Positions 29,596 through 36,905 of a DNA stretch of 64,000 nt are shown here, in pieces. The translations under genes were made by a program, and so were the position numbers. Numbering within the stretch: position 1 is the first letter of the stretch; each line of letters opens with the position of its first letter. The notes under the pieces are model-generated. The model did no database searches. It was not told the origin of the DNA and worked only from the letters and a program-made list of their open reading frames with translations. Location of the stretch: IMG/VR virus record IMGVR_UViG_3300009430_000004, positions 154,089-218,088 of that record. One strand, 5' to 3'.

Positions 29596-29632
29596 ATGAT
29601 AATAATATATATTTTATTAGTGTGACTTTACG
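29593..29632 (-). promoter_or_regulatory. CGTA-N17-TATATATTAT-N6-GTG promoter
   Basis: ATAATATATA 29602-11, TACG 29629-32. Confidence 0.7.
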
Positions 29633-29638
29633 AATTAT

Positions 29639-29680
29639 AAAAAAATAAGGAAGATGATTAATTTCATCTTCCTTATTTTT
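29639..29680 (-). terminator. AATAAGG-family terminator
   Basis: AAAAATAAGGAAGATGA / TCATCTTCCTTATTTTT. Confidence 0.75.
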
Positions 29681-30212
29681 CTAACTCATTTATTAACTTA
29701 TTCATTATAACAGTATTACTTATATATCGTAATACAGTTGGATCATTACTTAATGCCTGCCTGCATATATCTTCAGTTTGAATCTTGCAGAATTGTAATG
29801 CTCTAGGAGTTTTCTTAACAGCTTCCATGCATATTTCTTCAGTCTGTTCTTTTACAAATTGTAATGCAGTACCATTCTGCCTAACAGCTTCTATACACAG
29901 CTCATGAGTTTGGTTATCCTTTATCATATTAAGTATCCTACCATTACGCTTAACAGCTTCAAGCTTCATTTCATATGTAGGATTCATTATAAACTGATAT
30001 GACAAAGGATTGTTTCTAATAGCCATTAGACATAATTCCTCAGTTTGGCTTTTAACATATTCCAAGGCATCACCATTCTGTGTAATGGCTACACGACATG
30101 CTTCCTCAGTTTGTGGACTAAAATACCTCAATAACAATCCGTCACGCCTTAAATCGTCAATAATAACAGATGGTAAATGATAGTGGTTTCCTCTCATAGC
30201 AAATTCTCCCAT
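29673..30212 (-). CDS. DUF4116-like repeat protein
   Basis: Five ~24-aa repeats of EE(L/I)C.EAV..NG.AL.(Y/F)VK.QT. Confidence 0.75.
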   Translation of the reverse strand: MGEFAMRGNHYHLPSVIIDDLRRDGLLLRYFSPQTEEACRVAITQNGDALEYVKSQTEELCLMAIRNNPLSYQFIMNPTYEMKLEAVKRNGRILNMIKDNQTHELCIEAVRQNGTALQFVKEQTEEICMEAVKKTPRALQFCKIQTEDICRQALSNDPTVLRYISNTVIMNKLINELEK

Positions 30213-30250
30213 AGATTTTATACCTCCTAATTATATTAGTATCTATATTA

Positions 30251-30281
30251 ATAATATATACTTAGCGTGTCGTAAAATACG
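30251..30281 (-). promoter_or_regulatory. CGTA-N17-TATATATTAT promoter (DUF4116 gene)
   Basis: ATAATATATA 30251-60, TACG 30278-81. Confidence 0.7.
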
Positions 30282-30325
30282 AAAAAAATAAGGATGGTGT
30301 AAAACCATCCTTATTTTCTTTTTTT
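30282..30325 (-). terminator. AATAAGG-family terminator
   Basis: AAAATAAGGATGGT / ACCATCCTTATTTT. Confidence 0.75.
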
Positions 30326-30454
30326 CTCTCTCTTAACGAATTTGTATGTTCCGTCATCATTCGTTACAAGCATCGGTGCATTATGAATTGCATACCCCAT
30401 AAACACCACAGTTACTACAACACAGGCTATAAGAATCTTTACTACTAATGGCAT
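30311..30454 (-). CDS. 47-aa membrane peptide (not in ORF track)
   Basis: MPLVVKILIACVVVTVVFMGYAIH...KREKKRK; early motif at 30489. Confidence 0.55.
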   Translation of the reverse strand: MPLVVKILIACVVVTVVFMGYAIHNAPMLVTNDDGTYKFVKREKKRK

Positions 30455-30488
30455 ACCCCATACCCCTAATATATTATTTCATACTGTG

Positions 30489-30498
30489 ATAATATATA
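30489..30498 (-). promoter_or_regulatory. Early motif
   Basis: TATATATTAT CACA GTA. Confidence 0.55.
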
Positions 30499-30511
30499 AA
30501 TATAACTTCTA

Positions 30512-30850
30512 TTAGGTCAATACTATTTTATACCCAATAAACTTTTGTATTGCTTCTCTTACACTAGGCTTATAACAAGCCACACAATTATCAATCGCAG
30601 TTTCATAGAGATTTATGGCAATTATAACGCCATTGTTGTCAAATTCTATATCCCCACGAGTTGCCCCTGGTAATCTTATTCCATAAAAATTTGGTATAGT
30701 ATTATCACATAGCATATATGTGAATCCACCATAATCTATACAAGATTTATACACATCTAATAAGTGTTCATCCATAGTTCTAGTTAGATCATTTACATAC
30801 CTATCATTATTACACTTTTCATACGGCTTCGTTGATACTAACTCTTCCAT
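30512..30850 (-). CDS. Hypothetical protein
   Basis: Start moved to ATG 30850 after AGGAGG RBS. Confidence 0.55.
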   Translation of the reverse strand: MEELVSTKPYEKCNNDRYVNDLTRTMDEHLLDVYKSCIDYGGFTYMLCDNTIPNFYGIRLPGATRGDIEFDNNGVIIAINLYETAIDNCVACYKPSVREAIQKFIGYKIVLT

Positions 30851-30860
30851 AACAAACCTC

Positions 30861-31259
30861 CTAAAATGAATTAAGAATTTCGGTAAAATAGAATAGTAAA
30901 TCATGTGTTCTGACAATGTTATTATTAAGAATAACAGAATCAATATTGTCAACTATCTTTATATAATACCTCTTATCCTTTTGTACTATTAAACCTTTCT
31001 TTGGGTCCATCATCTTGAGGATTCTCACAAATAAATCAACGGACTTTTTCTCATTATAGAAAAATATCAATGAATCCTCATAGTTTGTTTCAATTGTATT
31101 CACGACAATATCCTTAAATCCCTCTTGCTCATGATAATGTAGCATTGTCAAAGGATATATATTAACATCTGTACTCGTCTTTGTACCTAAAACCGTTCGT
31201 ATTGCATTAGGTTGCTTCTCTATAAATAAAGTTTTTGGAAATGATTTAATAAAATCCAT
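30861..31259 (-). CDS. Hypothetical protein
   Basis: 132 aa, AGGAGGGG RBS. Confidence 0.6.
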   Translation of the reverse strand: MDFIKSFPKTLFIEKQPNAIRTVLGTKTSTDVNIYPLTMLHYHEQEGFKDIVVNTIETNYEDSLIFFYNEKKSVDLFVRILKMMDPKKGLIVQKDKRYYIKIVDNIDSVILNNNIVRTHDLLFYFTEILNSF

Positions 31260-31333
31260 AATATCCCCTCCTATCTATTATATAATGGTTGGGAATATTT
31301 TATATAAGAACTCAATTTTTTCTTTACGAAAAA

Positions 31334-31345
31334 AACAATTAAATA
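31334..31345 (+). promoter_or_regulatory. Late promoter (RNAP beta-C fragment)
   Basis: AACA ATTAAA TA. Confidence 0.7.
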
Positions 31346-31374
31346 AGACTAACTAAATAGAAAGGGGTGAGTTT

Positions 31375-32094
31375 ATGGCTATAACAAAACAAACTAGAAA
31401 ACAAATGGAAGCCTTAATATATTCCGTTTTCGATGCTCTCGACCCTTCCAAAACAAATAGTAATAAATACAAGGATTTCTTCGGGGAAATGTCGGATTCA
31501 CAGTTCGATTCATTTTTTAGAAATTTCTTTAAGGATGAAAATCAGTATTTAACTCTTGATGTTGTGGATTATGAGAGAGATTTTAAGATTGAAAATGTTG
31601 AGCAAGCAGCTAAGATACTTGGGGTTCCATTATTTGAGAAAGTAGTTATGCCATTTGTTAATAAAAATACAGATAAACCAGTCATTACTAAATATGAAGT
31701 ACCTGTGGGATATGTGCATGTTAAGAGGGTTCAGCAGATGCTCAGTAAGAAGAACACTACTTCTACTGAAATAGCTTCCCGTTCAGCATTAACAGGACAG
31801 GTTGTTGGAAAGGATAAGAATGCAAGAGACTCTGATGCTGAAAACTTCGCATTAGTTACGCTTAATGCTAATGAGACATTAAGAGAGTTTATGGGTCCAA
31901 GAGCTGACGACTTAGTAATGAAGAATGAAATGTACGCTTCAATAGCACAAAAGGGATATGTTTCCCTAGACCAATTAACTAACCATGTTGAAAATAAGAC
32001 TACTTTAAATGCCCTCGATGTACATCTAATAGGTATGGGTATTAAGTCAGACCTTGTTACTCAAGGATTATTGGTTAAGAAATCACTAAAATAA
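31375..32094 (+). CDS. RNA polymerase beta C-terminal fragment, probably virion RNAP
   Basis: VPVGYVHVKRVQQ, RS.LTGQ, R.SDAENFAL, LREFMGPRADD match the beta clamp region; only a late promoter upstream. Confidence 0.75.
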   Translation: MAITKQTRKQMEALIYSVFDALDPSKTNSNKYKDFFGEMSDSQFDSFFRNFFKDENQYLTLDVVDYERDFKIENVEQAAKILGVPLFEKVVMPFVNKNTDKPVITKYEVPVGYVHVKRVQQMLSKKNTTSTEIASRSALTGQVVGKDKNARDSDAENFALVTLNANETLREFMGPRADDLVMKNEMYASIAQKGYVSLDQLTNHVENKTTLNALDVHLIGMGIKSDLVTQGLLVKKSLK

Positions 32095-32137
32095 AAAAAA
32101 TAAGGTATGGAGAAATCCATACCTTATTTTTATTTTT
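32092..32137. terminator. AATAAGG-family bidirectional terminator
   Basis: AAAATAAGGTATGGA / TCCATACCTTATTTT. Confidence 0.8.
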
Positions 32138-32466
32138 TAATATGTTACTATATACTCATCATCTTCCCCATCGAATACACGTTTTGCTTCCATAACGGAT
32201 TTGTATAAATCGAATAGAGTAATCGGATGAAAAGTATTAAGATACTCAATAAAAGTTCTTCCATCATTAACTATAGCCAAGGATTTATCACGATCAAATG
32301 TAATCGTAACCTTTTGAGTATTATCAAATTCATTGACAAATATAAACTTTGGAAAAACGTTATTAACGTTTACAAACCTAGTAGTTTGACAAACCTCATG
32401 ATTTATTGATGTTCTAACCTTGTTGTACATTGACTGATAATCTTTTAATTCAAACATTTCTTTCAC
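32137..32466 (-). CDS. Hypothetical protein
   Basis: 109 aa, AGGAGGG RBS. Confidence 0.6.
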   Translation of the reverse strand: MKEMFELKDYQSMYNKVRTSINHEVCQTTRFVNVNNVFPKFIFVNEFDNTQKVTITFDRDKSLAIVNDGRTFIEYLNTFHPITLFDLYKSVMEAKRVFDGEDDEYIVTY

Positions 32467-32476
32467 CCTCCTTATA

Positions 32477-33064
32477 TTAACCGTAAACTATAATGCCTTT
32501 TTTGGTACTGATACATCCAGTTAACCAACCAAAGGAATCTTGTTCACCTGCAAATACTCTATAACCTGCTCCTTCGACCTTCTTAATATTGGTCCAATTA
32601 CATCTTCCATTACTGGATATCAATGCACCGCAAGCTAACCCATCTATAATACGAGCAGCATCATCCTCATTATCACTATTCATGTCAATATATAATCGAC
32701 CTTCATAGTCATATGACTTAACTTCAGATTCACCAGATTCAACTTTCTTGAGCATGTCAAGAAGTTCTGTCAAGTAATCCTTAGTTTCTGGATGTATCTT
32801 CTCTTCAAGAGGTGAAGGGTAATTATCAAAATGTCTCCAACCGAGACTGAGTAAGTATTCAAAAGCTTCAGCATTTCTATTACTGCTGAAATCTGAAACA
32901 GTCATTGAGATTTTGCTATAATCTGTTCTAACATTGAAAGTCTTAGCTTCCTCATCCTTTTGTCCGAGTTCTTTCCTTGTTAGGTTAACTCCATCAAAAG
33001 ATACAATCTCAAGAATGCTACCCATATAGGTTTTAATAAAAACTGGTTTTTCTAATCTTATCAT
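32477..33064 (-). CDS. Hypothetical protein
   Basis: 195 aa, GGGAGG RBS, CGTA-class promoter; C-terminal GEQDSFGWLTGCI motif. Confidence 0.6.
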   Translation of the reverse strand: MIRLEKPVFIKTYMGSILEIVSFDGVNLTRKELGQKDEEAKTFNVRTDYSKISMTVSDFSSNRNAEAFEYLLSLGWRHFDNYPSPLEEKIHPETKDYLTELLDMLKKVESGESEVKSYDYEGRLYIDMNSDNEDDAARIIDGLACGALISSNGRCNWTNIKKVEGAGYRVFAGEQDSFGWLTGCISTKKGIIVYG

Positions 33065-33150
33065 GATTTAATTCCTCCCACAGAATCAAAATATTTTTCA
33101 CTAGCATCTATATTTACTAGCGGAACATACAAATATATTATCTACGTATG

Positions 33151-33190
33151 TACACAATAATAATATATATTCATCATGTTTTAATTTACG
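33151..33190 (-). promoter_or_regulatory. CGTA-N17-TATATATTAT-N6-GTA promoter
   Basis: ATAATATATA 33160-69, TACG 33187-90. Confidence 0.7.
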
Positions 33191-33206
33191 ATTTTAATAT
33201 TATAGG

Positions 33207-33218
33207 AACATAGAAATA
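33207..33218 (+). promoter_or_regulatory. Late promoter
   Basis: AACA TAGAAA TA. Confidence 0.65.
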
Positions 33219-33245
33219 ATCGAAAATAATTGTGAGGTGATTATA

Positions 33246-33413
33246 ATGAGTGACAAAGGAGAATTGCACATTGTAACAGAAGTTGGGACATTTGGCGATT
33301 TAAATATAACCGACCCAACAAAGAAAAAGGTGGCTAAAAAGGACGAAGATATGGATGCCCTTATAAGAGAAGCTCACCAGGAAAACATAAAAAATCTTGG
33401 ACAGAAAAAGTAA
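33246..33413 (+). CDS. 55-aa late protein (not in ORF track)
   Basis: MSDKGELHIVTEVG...; GAGGTG RBS; late promoter 33207 and terminator 33416. Confidence 0.65.
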   Translation: MSDKGELHIVTEVGTFGDLNITDPTKKKVAKKDEDMDALIREAHQENIKNLGQKK

Positions 33414-33415
33414 TT

Positions 33416-33448
33416 GGTATGGGAGTTAGTCTCCCATGCCTAATTTTT
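33416..33448 (+). terminator. Intrinsic terminator
   Basis: GGTATGGGAG / CTCCCATGCC. Confidence 0.65.
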
Positions 33449-33467
33449 ATCGTAAGGAGATGGTTAT

Positions 33468-33614
33468 ATGGAAATTCAAACAATTGGTAATGATGAGGTA
33501 AAAATAGAGCCTCTACCAATAGAAGTGATAGAACCAATCGAACCACCAGTAATTGATTGTTCTGCTGTATTTTCAGCATTAGGGGTTCCCCCTCATTTAC
33601 TAGGGGTTAAATAG
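33468..33614 (+). CDS. 48-aa peptide ending in portal-like motif (not in ORF track)
   Basis: MEIQ...CSAVFSALGVPPHLLGVK; AAGGAG RBS. Confidence 0.55.
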   Translation: MEIQTIGNDEVKIEPLPIEVIEPIEPPVIDCSAVFSALGVPPHLLGVK

Positions 33615-33635
33615 AAAGTTAATAGTTAAAATAAA

Positions 33636-33654
33636 TATATATTATCTTTCTGTA
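33636..33654 (+). promoter_or_regulatory. Early promoter (tubulin)
   Basis: TATATATTAT CTTTCT GTA. Confidence 0.65.
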
Positions 33655-33695
33655 ATCAAACATAAATAATCTAAATATAAAGGAGATGTATATCA

Positions 33696-34826
33696 ATGTT
33701 AAAAGTTTGCGTAATCGGTATAGGTAATGCTGGAAACCAAATAGCTGAGTTGGCTAAAAAGGAAAGAAACATTCCTGGGATTGCACTCAATTCAAGCGAG
33801 AAAGATATATCAACACTATGTCACGTAGATAAGTTTATCGTAGGTGACGAAAAGGGTGCTGGTAAAGATCGTAATATCGCCAAAGAGTTTATGAGACAGA
33901 ATATTCAAACACTACTGAAACAAGATTTGTTTAAGAAGATGGTTGAAGAGAATGAGGTTGTGTTTATCGTAAGTTCTACAGGCGGCGGAACAGGAAGCGG
34001 AATGGCTCCCGTATTAACAGATATACTCACAAGGGTGTATCCAATGAAAAAATTCCTGTTAACATTCATACTGCCACCATTAAGAGAAAGCGTAGCTGCA
34101 CAACAAAATACAATTGAGTATCTTAAAGAGATGAGAAAGTTTAATCCAACTTATCTTCCATATGACAACAACAAGCTTGCTGGAAGACCAACAAGTGTTA
34201 TGATGGAAGAAGTTAATAAAGAAGTTGTTGAAGACTTTTGTATCATCCGTGGAGATTATCAGTTCGCTACTCAATATAACAGCATAGATGAAAAAGACAT
34301 GCTGAAGCTTATTGAGACGCCAGGAAGATTGAGCTTTGCTAAGGTCTATAATATCAGAGAGAAAGACCTTGATGACAAATCAATCGAAGACCATTTAATA
34401 AATAATATCACAAACACATCAGTAATGTGTGAATTGGAAAGAGATAGAATCATTAAGAGACTTGGCATAATTACTAATCTTAACGAGAAGATGCACAAGT
34501 TACTAGATACTAATCTTCCAACTTTAAAAGAACTTATTGGCGAACCTGTAGAAGGGTTTGAACATATCTATGTTAATAAGGCAGATGATGAACCAAATAG
34601 AGTTATTGCAATTCTTTCAGGTTTGTCTGTTCCTGATGACAGAATTGAAAAAGTTCTGCAACGAATTGAGGATGCAGAAGAACAGCTTATGAAGACCAAG
34701 GATTCATCAATACTTGATGATGCTAAAACTGACTTGATAGATGAGTTGAGAGACACATCTGGAAGTAAGGTTGGTGCTCAAGAAGTTGACCTTGGAGATA
34801 TCTTCGACAGCTATATGAAGAAGTAA
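33696..34826 (+). CDS. Tubulin/FtsZ-family GTPase (PhuZ/TubZ-like)
   Basis: VIGIGNAGNQI, GAGKD, STGGGTGSG signature, T7-loop-like SIDEKD. Confidence 0.9.
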   Translation: MLKVCVIGIGNAGNQIAELAKKERNIPGIALNSSEKDISTLCHVDKFIVGDEKGAGKDRNIAKEFMRQNIQTLLKQDLFKKMVEENEVVFIVSSTGGGTGSGMAPVLTDILTRVYPMKKFLLTFILPPLRESVAAQQNTIEYLKEMRKFNPTYLPYDNNKLAGRPTSVMMEEVNKEVVEDFCIIRGDYQFATQYNSIDEKDMLKLIETPGRLSFAKVYNIREKDLDDKSIEDHLINNITNTSVMCELERDRIIKRLGIITNLNEKMHKLLDTNLPTLKELIGEPVEGFEHIYVNKADDEPNRVIAILSGLSVPDDRIEKVLQRIEDAEEQLMKTKDSSILDDAKTDLIDELRDTSGSKVGAQEVDLGDIFDSYMKK

Positions 34827-34843
34827 TAAAATAATTTATCAAT

Positions 34844-34874
34844 AACAAAAAAATAATTATATTATTAGGAGGTA
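34844..34874 (+). promoter_or_regulatory. Late promoter fused to 22-bp shared leader, copy 2
   Basis: AACA AAAAAA TA then ATTATATTATTAGGAGGTA. Confidence 0.75.
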
Positions 34875-34881
34875 ACCTATT

Positions 34882-35745
34882 ATGAGTATTAAAGAATTTG
34901 TGAGAGACTGGAAACCAAAGAAAATGAGTAAAGATGACAGGACATACATGCTGTATGATAACATTCCTGCCATGGTAAGCTTCTATATTAAGAGGGGACA
35001 TGCTGACCAGGATACAGTAAATAAGCTGTTTGACAAAATGGAAGATCCAAAGTTCCCTAAGACATTACTTAGAATTTTAAAGACACAGGATGAAACTCCT
35101 GTTGAGCTTGGAATGGCTGTTGTTATTGCTGACTTCTTAGAAAGAAGGCATGCCAAAGTTGATGAAGAAACTCTTGGAATGTATGATGAATCTGTAACAA
35201 AGATTCTTAAGCCAAGAATGAAAAAGCTCAGCAAGAAGCTTGGTCTTGAAAAGGATATCCTTAAGGAGCTGCTGGTTGTAGTGCCTGATACTGATGTTAT
35301 GTCAGACAAGAAGTTCATCGGCATTTATGTAATGAAGATGCTTAGAAGACTTTATATCCTTGCAAAGGATACTGACCTTGGTCTGGAAGATGTTAAAACT
35401 GTTAAGAAGCTTTTCAAAGCTCTATTCGGCGATGACCAGATTGATAATATAGCTATCAATGTACTTCTTGAAAGAAAAGAAGGAATGAAGAATTTCGGCG
35501 ATAGACAACTTGCTGTTTGGAATCTTATGACTTCTTTCGCTCTTGAGACTTTAGAAGATCACAAGAAGAAAGAAATCAAAGAAATGCTTGAGCATTATAT
35601 CGGCAGAAGAGCTAAAGATGCTGAAAAAGGTAGGGACTTCGCTAGAAGAGTGCAGTTAAGCCAGGTTGCAGAGGATAATTATCCAAAGCTTGCTGCTGCT
35701 GTAGAAGACCTTTGCGAAAAGGACAAGAATAAGAAGTTCCTGTAA
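34882..35745 (+). CDS. Charged all-alpha protein of unknown function
   Basis: 287 aa; 22-bp shared leader; late promoter. Confidence 0.65.
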   Translation: MSIKEFVRDWKPKKMSKDDRTYMLYDNIPAMVSFYIKRGHADQDTVNKLFDKMEDPKFPKTLLRILKTQDETPVELGMAVVIADFLERRHAKVDEETLGMYDESVTKILKPRMKKLSKKLGLEKDILKELLVVVPDTDVMSDKKFIGIYVMKMLRRLYILAKDTDLGLEDVKTVKKLFKALFGDDQIDNIAINVLLERKEGMKNFGDRQLAVWNLMTSFALETLEDHKKKEIKEMLEHYIGRRAKDAEKGRDFARRVQLSQVAEDNYPKLAAAVEDLCEKDKNKKFL

Positions 35746-35760
35746 AACAGAGATGAAATA

Positions 35761-35795
35761 GAAGAGGGTATAATTACTCTCTTCTTTTTCTTTTC
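35761..35795 (+). terminator. Intrinsic terminator
   Basis: GAAGAGGGTA / TACTCTCTTC plus T-tract. Confidence 0.65.
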
Positions 35796-35843
35796 CCGAA
35801 GATTGATAAAAAGACCAAATAAGTAAAAAATTACTAAGGTCAT

Positions 35844-35855
35844 AACAAATATTTA
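35844..35855 (+). promoter_or_regulatory. Late promoter
   Basis: AACA AATATT TA. Confidence 0.6.
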
Positions 35856-35884
35856 AATTAATGGTTAAGGATGGGGGAGTTAAA

Positions 35885-36769
35885 ATGATAGGTATTTATA
35901 ATGGGAGCAAAACACCATGGGCGACAAGTAAGGTGAGCGATAAGGTTTTATGTCTGTTCAAATCAAAGGAATATCCTAAGGATGGACAGGTGAACAAGAA
36001 GTCAGCTCATATAATAGCCTACAACACGCTGTTTGGCTCCACTTTAGATAATGCTTTAACGAGCATATTGAACGGGTATGTAAACATGAAAACTATGGAG
36101 ACTCTAACTGATAAGAGTACAACAATTATATTTAGTAAGAAAGATTACAATCCGTTCGTAACAGAAAGAACAAAACAGCTCAAGGATATATTCCTTATTA
36201 CACTTAGCCTCAGAGGTAAAAGAGTAATAGATATATCTAATGAGAACACTTTCCTTCTGGAAGGGTTCATCATGGGCGGCGAATTAACTGTGATAGCTTC
36301 ACTCAACAACTTTGAGAACACTTTGCAAATAAGACTGCTCGATAGTGTTCAAGCTAAGGTGGTTGTTTACACATTCCGCAGGGATGGAGAAAATAATAAG
36401 ATGGGAATGACAGTCCATACTGTTGATGCTGTTGAAGCTGATTTCGAAGCGAGTTTCTCGATGAAGAAATTCAGACCTTCAAAGCCTACCCACACAATAA
36501 TTTGCTATCGCAAAGACAAAGAACAGCTCCTTCAAGTTGTTGACACGACAGTCCATAACATCGTGGAGATTTCCAAGACAACTATGGAGCAAGTTATCAA
36601 ACAGTTAAAAGATGAGAATTACAAAGCTGTGACACTATTCGTTAATGATTCTGAGGTCAATAGTGTTACAAAGAAAATCTATGGTGCCGCAATGGTTAAC
36701 CTTTCAAAGAATTTCAAAACATATTATGAATTAATAAATACTGGAAAAGTAAGAAAAATAAAATTATAG
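35885..36769 (+). CDS. Hypothetical protein
   Basis: Start moved to ATG 35885 after GGGGGAG RBS; late promoter 35844. Confidence 0.6.
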   Translation: MIGIYNGSKTPWATSKVSDKVLCLFKSKEYPKDGQVNKKSAHIIAYNTLFGSTLDNALTSILNGYVNMKTMETLTDKSTTIIFSKKDYNPFVTERTKQLKDIFLITLSLRGKRVIDISNENTFLLEGFIMGGELTVIASLNNFENTLQIRLLDSVQAKVVVYTFRRDGENNKMGMTVHTVDAVEADFEASFSMKKFRPSKPTHTIICYRKDKEQLLQVVDTTVHNIVEISKTTMEQVIKQLKDENYKAVTLFVNDSEVNSVTKKIYGAAMVNLSKNFKTYYELINTGKVRKIKL

Positions 36770-36780
36770 ATGAAGACAAC

Positions 36781-36825
36781 AGAGCTAATCCTTATACGGG
36801 ATTAGCTCCTTTATTATTTTTTTAG
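36781..36825 (+). terminator. Intrinsic terminator
   Basis: GAGCTAATCC / GGATTAGCTC. Confidence 0.7.
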
Positions 36826-36852
36826 ACAAGTATATATTTTTATTTAGTCATA

Positions 36853-36864
36853 AACTTTATATTA
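36853..36864 (+). promoter_or_regulatory. AACT-N6-TA variant promoter (recA)
   Basis: AACT TTATAT TA. Confidence 0.45.
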
Positions 36865-36905
36865 AGGCTAAATATTTTAAATTAGGCTGAAGGGAGAGAT
36901 ATAAT

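Noticed and set aside
29574-29603. Host sigma-A-like TTGACA-N18-GATAAT
   Set aside because: Suboptimal spacing and -10, points at a terminator about 40 nt away, and overlaps a better-supported phage promoter on the other strand.
31297-31328. Eighth CGTA-class promoter for 30861..31259
   Set aside because: The 10-mer is degenerate (TATATAAAAT) and spacing is 18, so it was not counted.
34882-36769. Chimallin (nuclear shell) candidates beside tubulin
   Set aside because: Both proteins are about half the size of chimallin and show no recognisable motif; cannot be settled without structure prediction.
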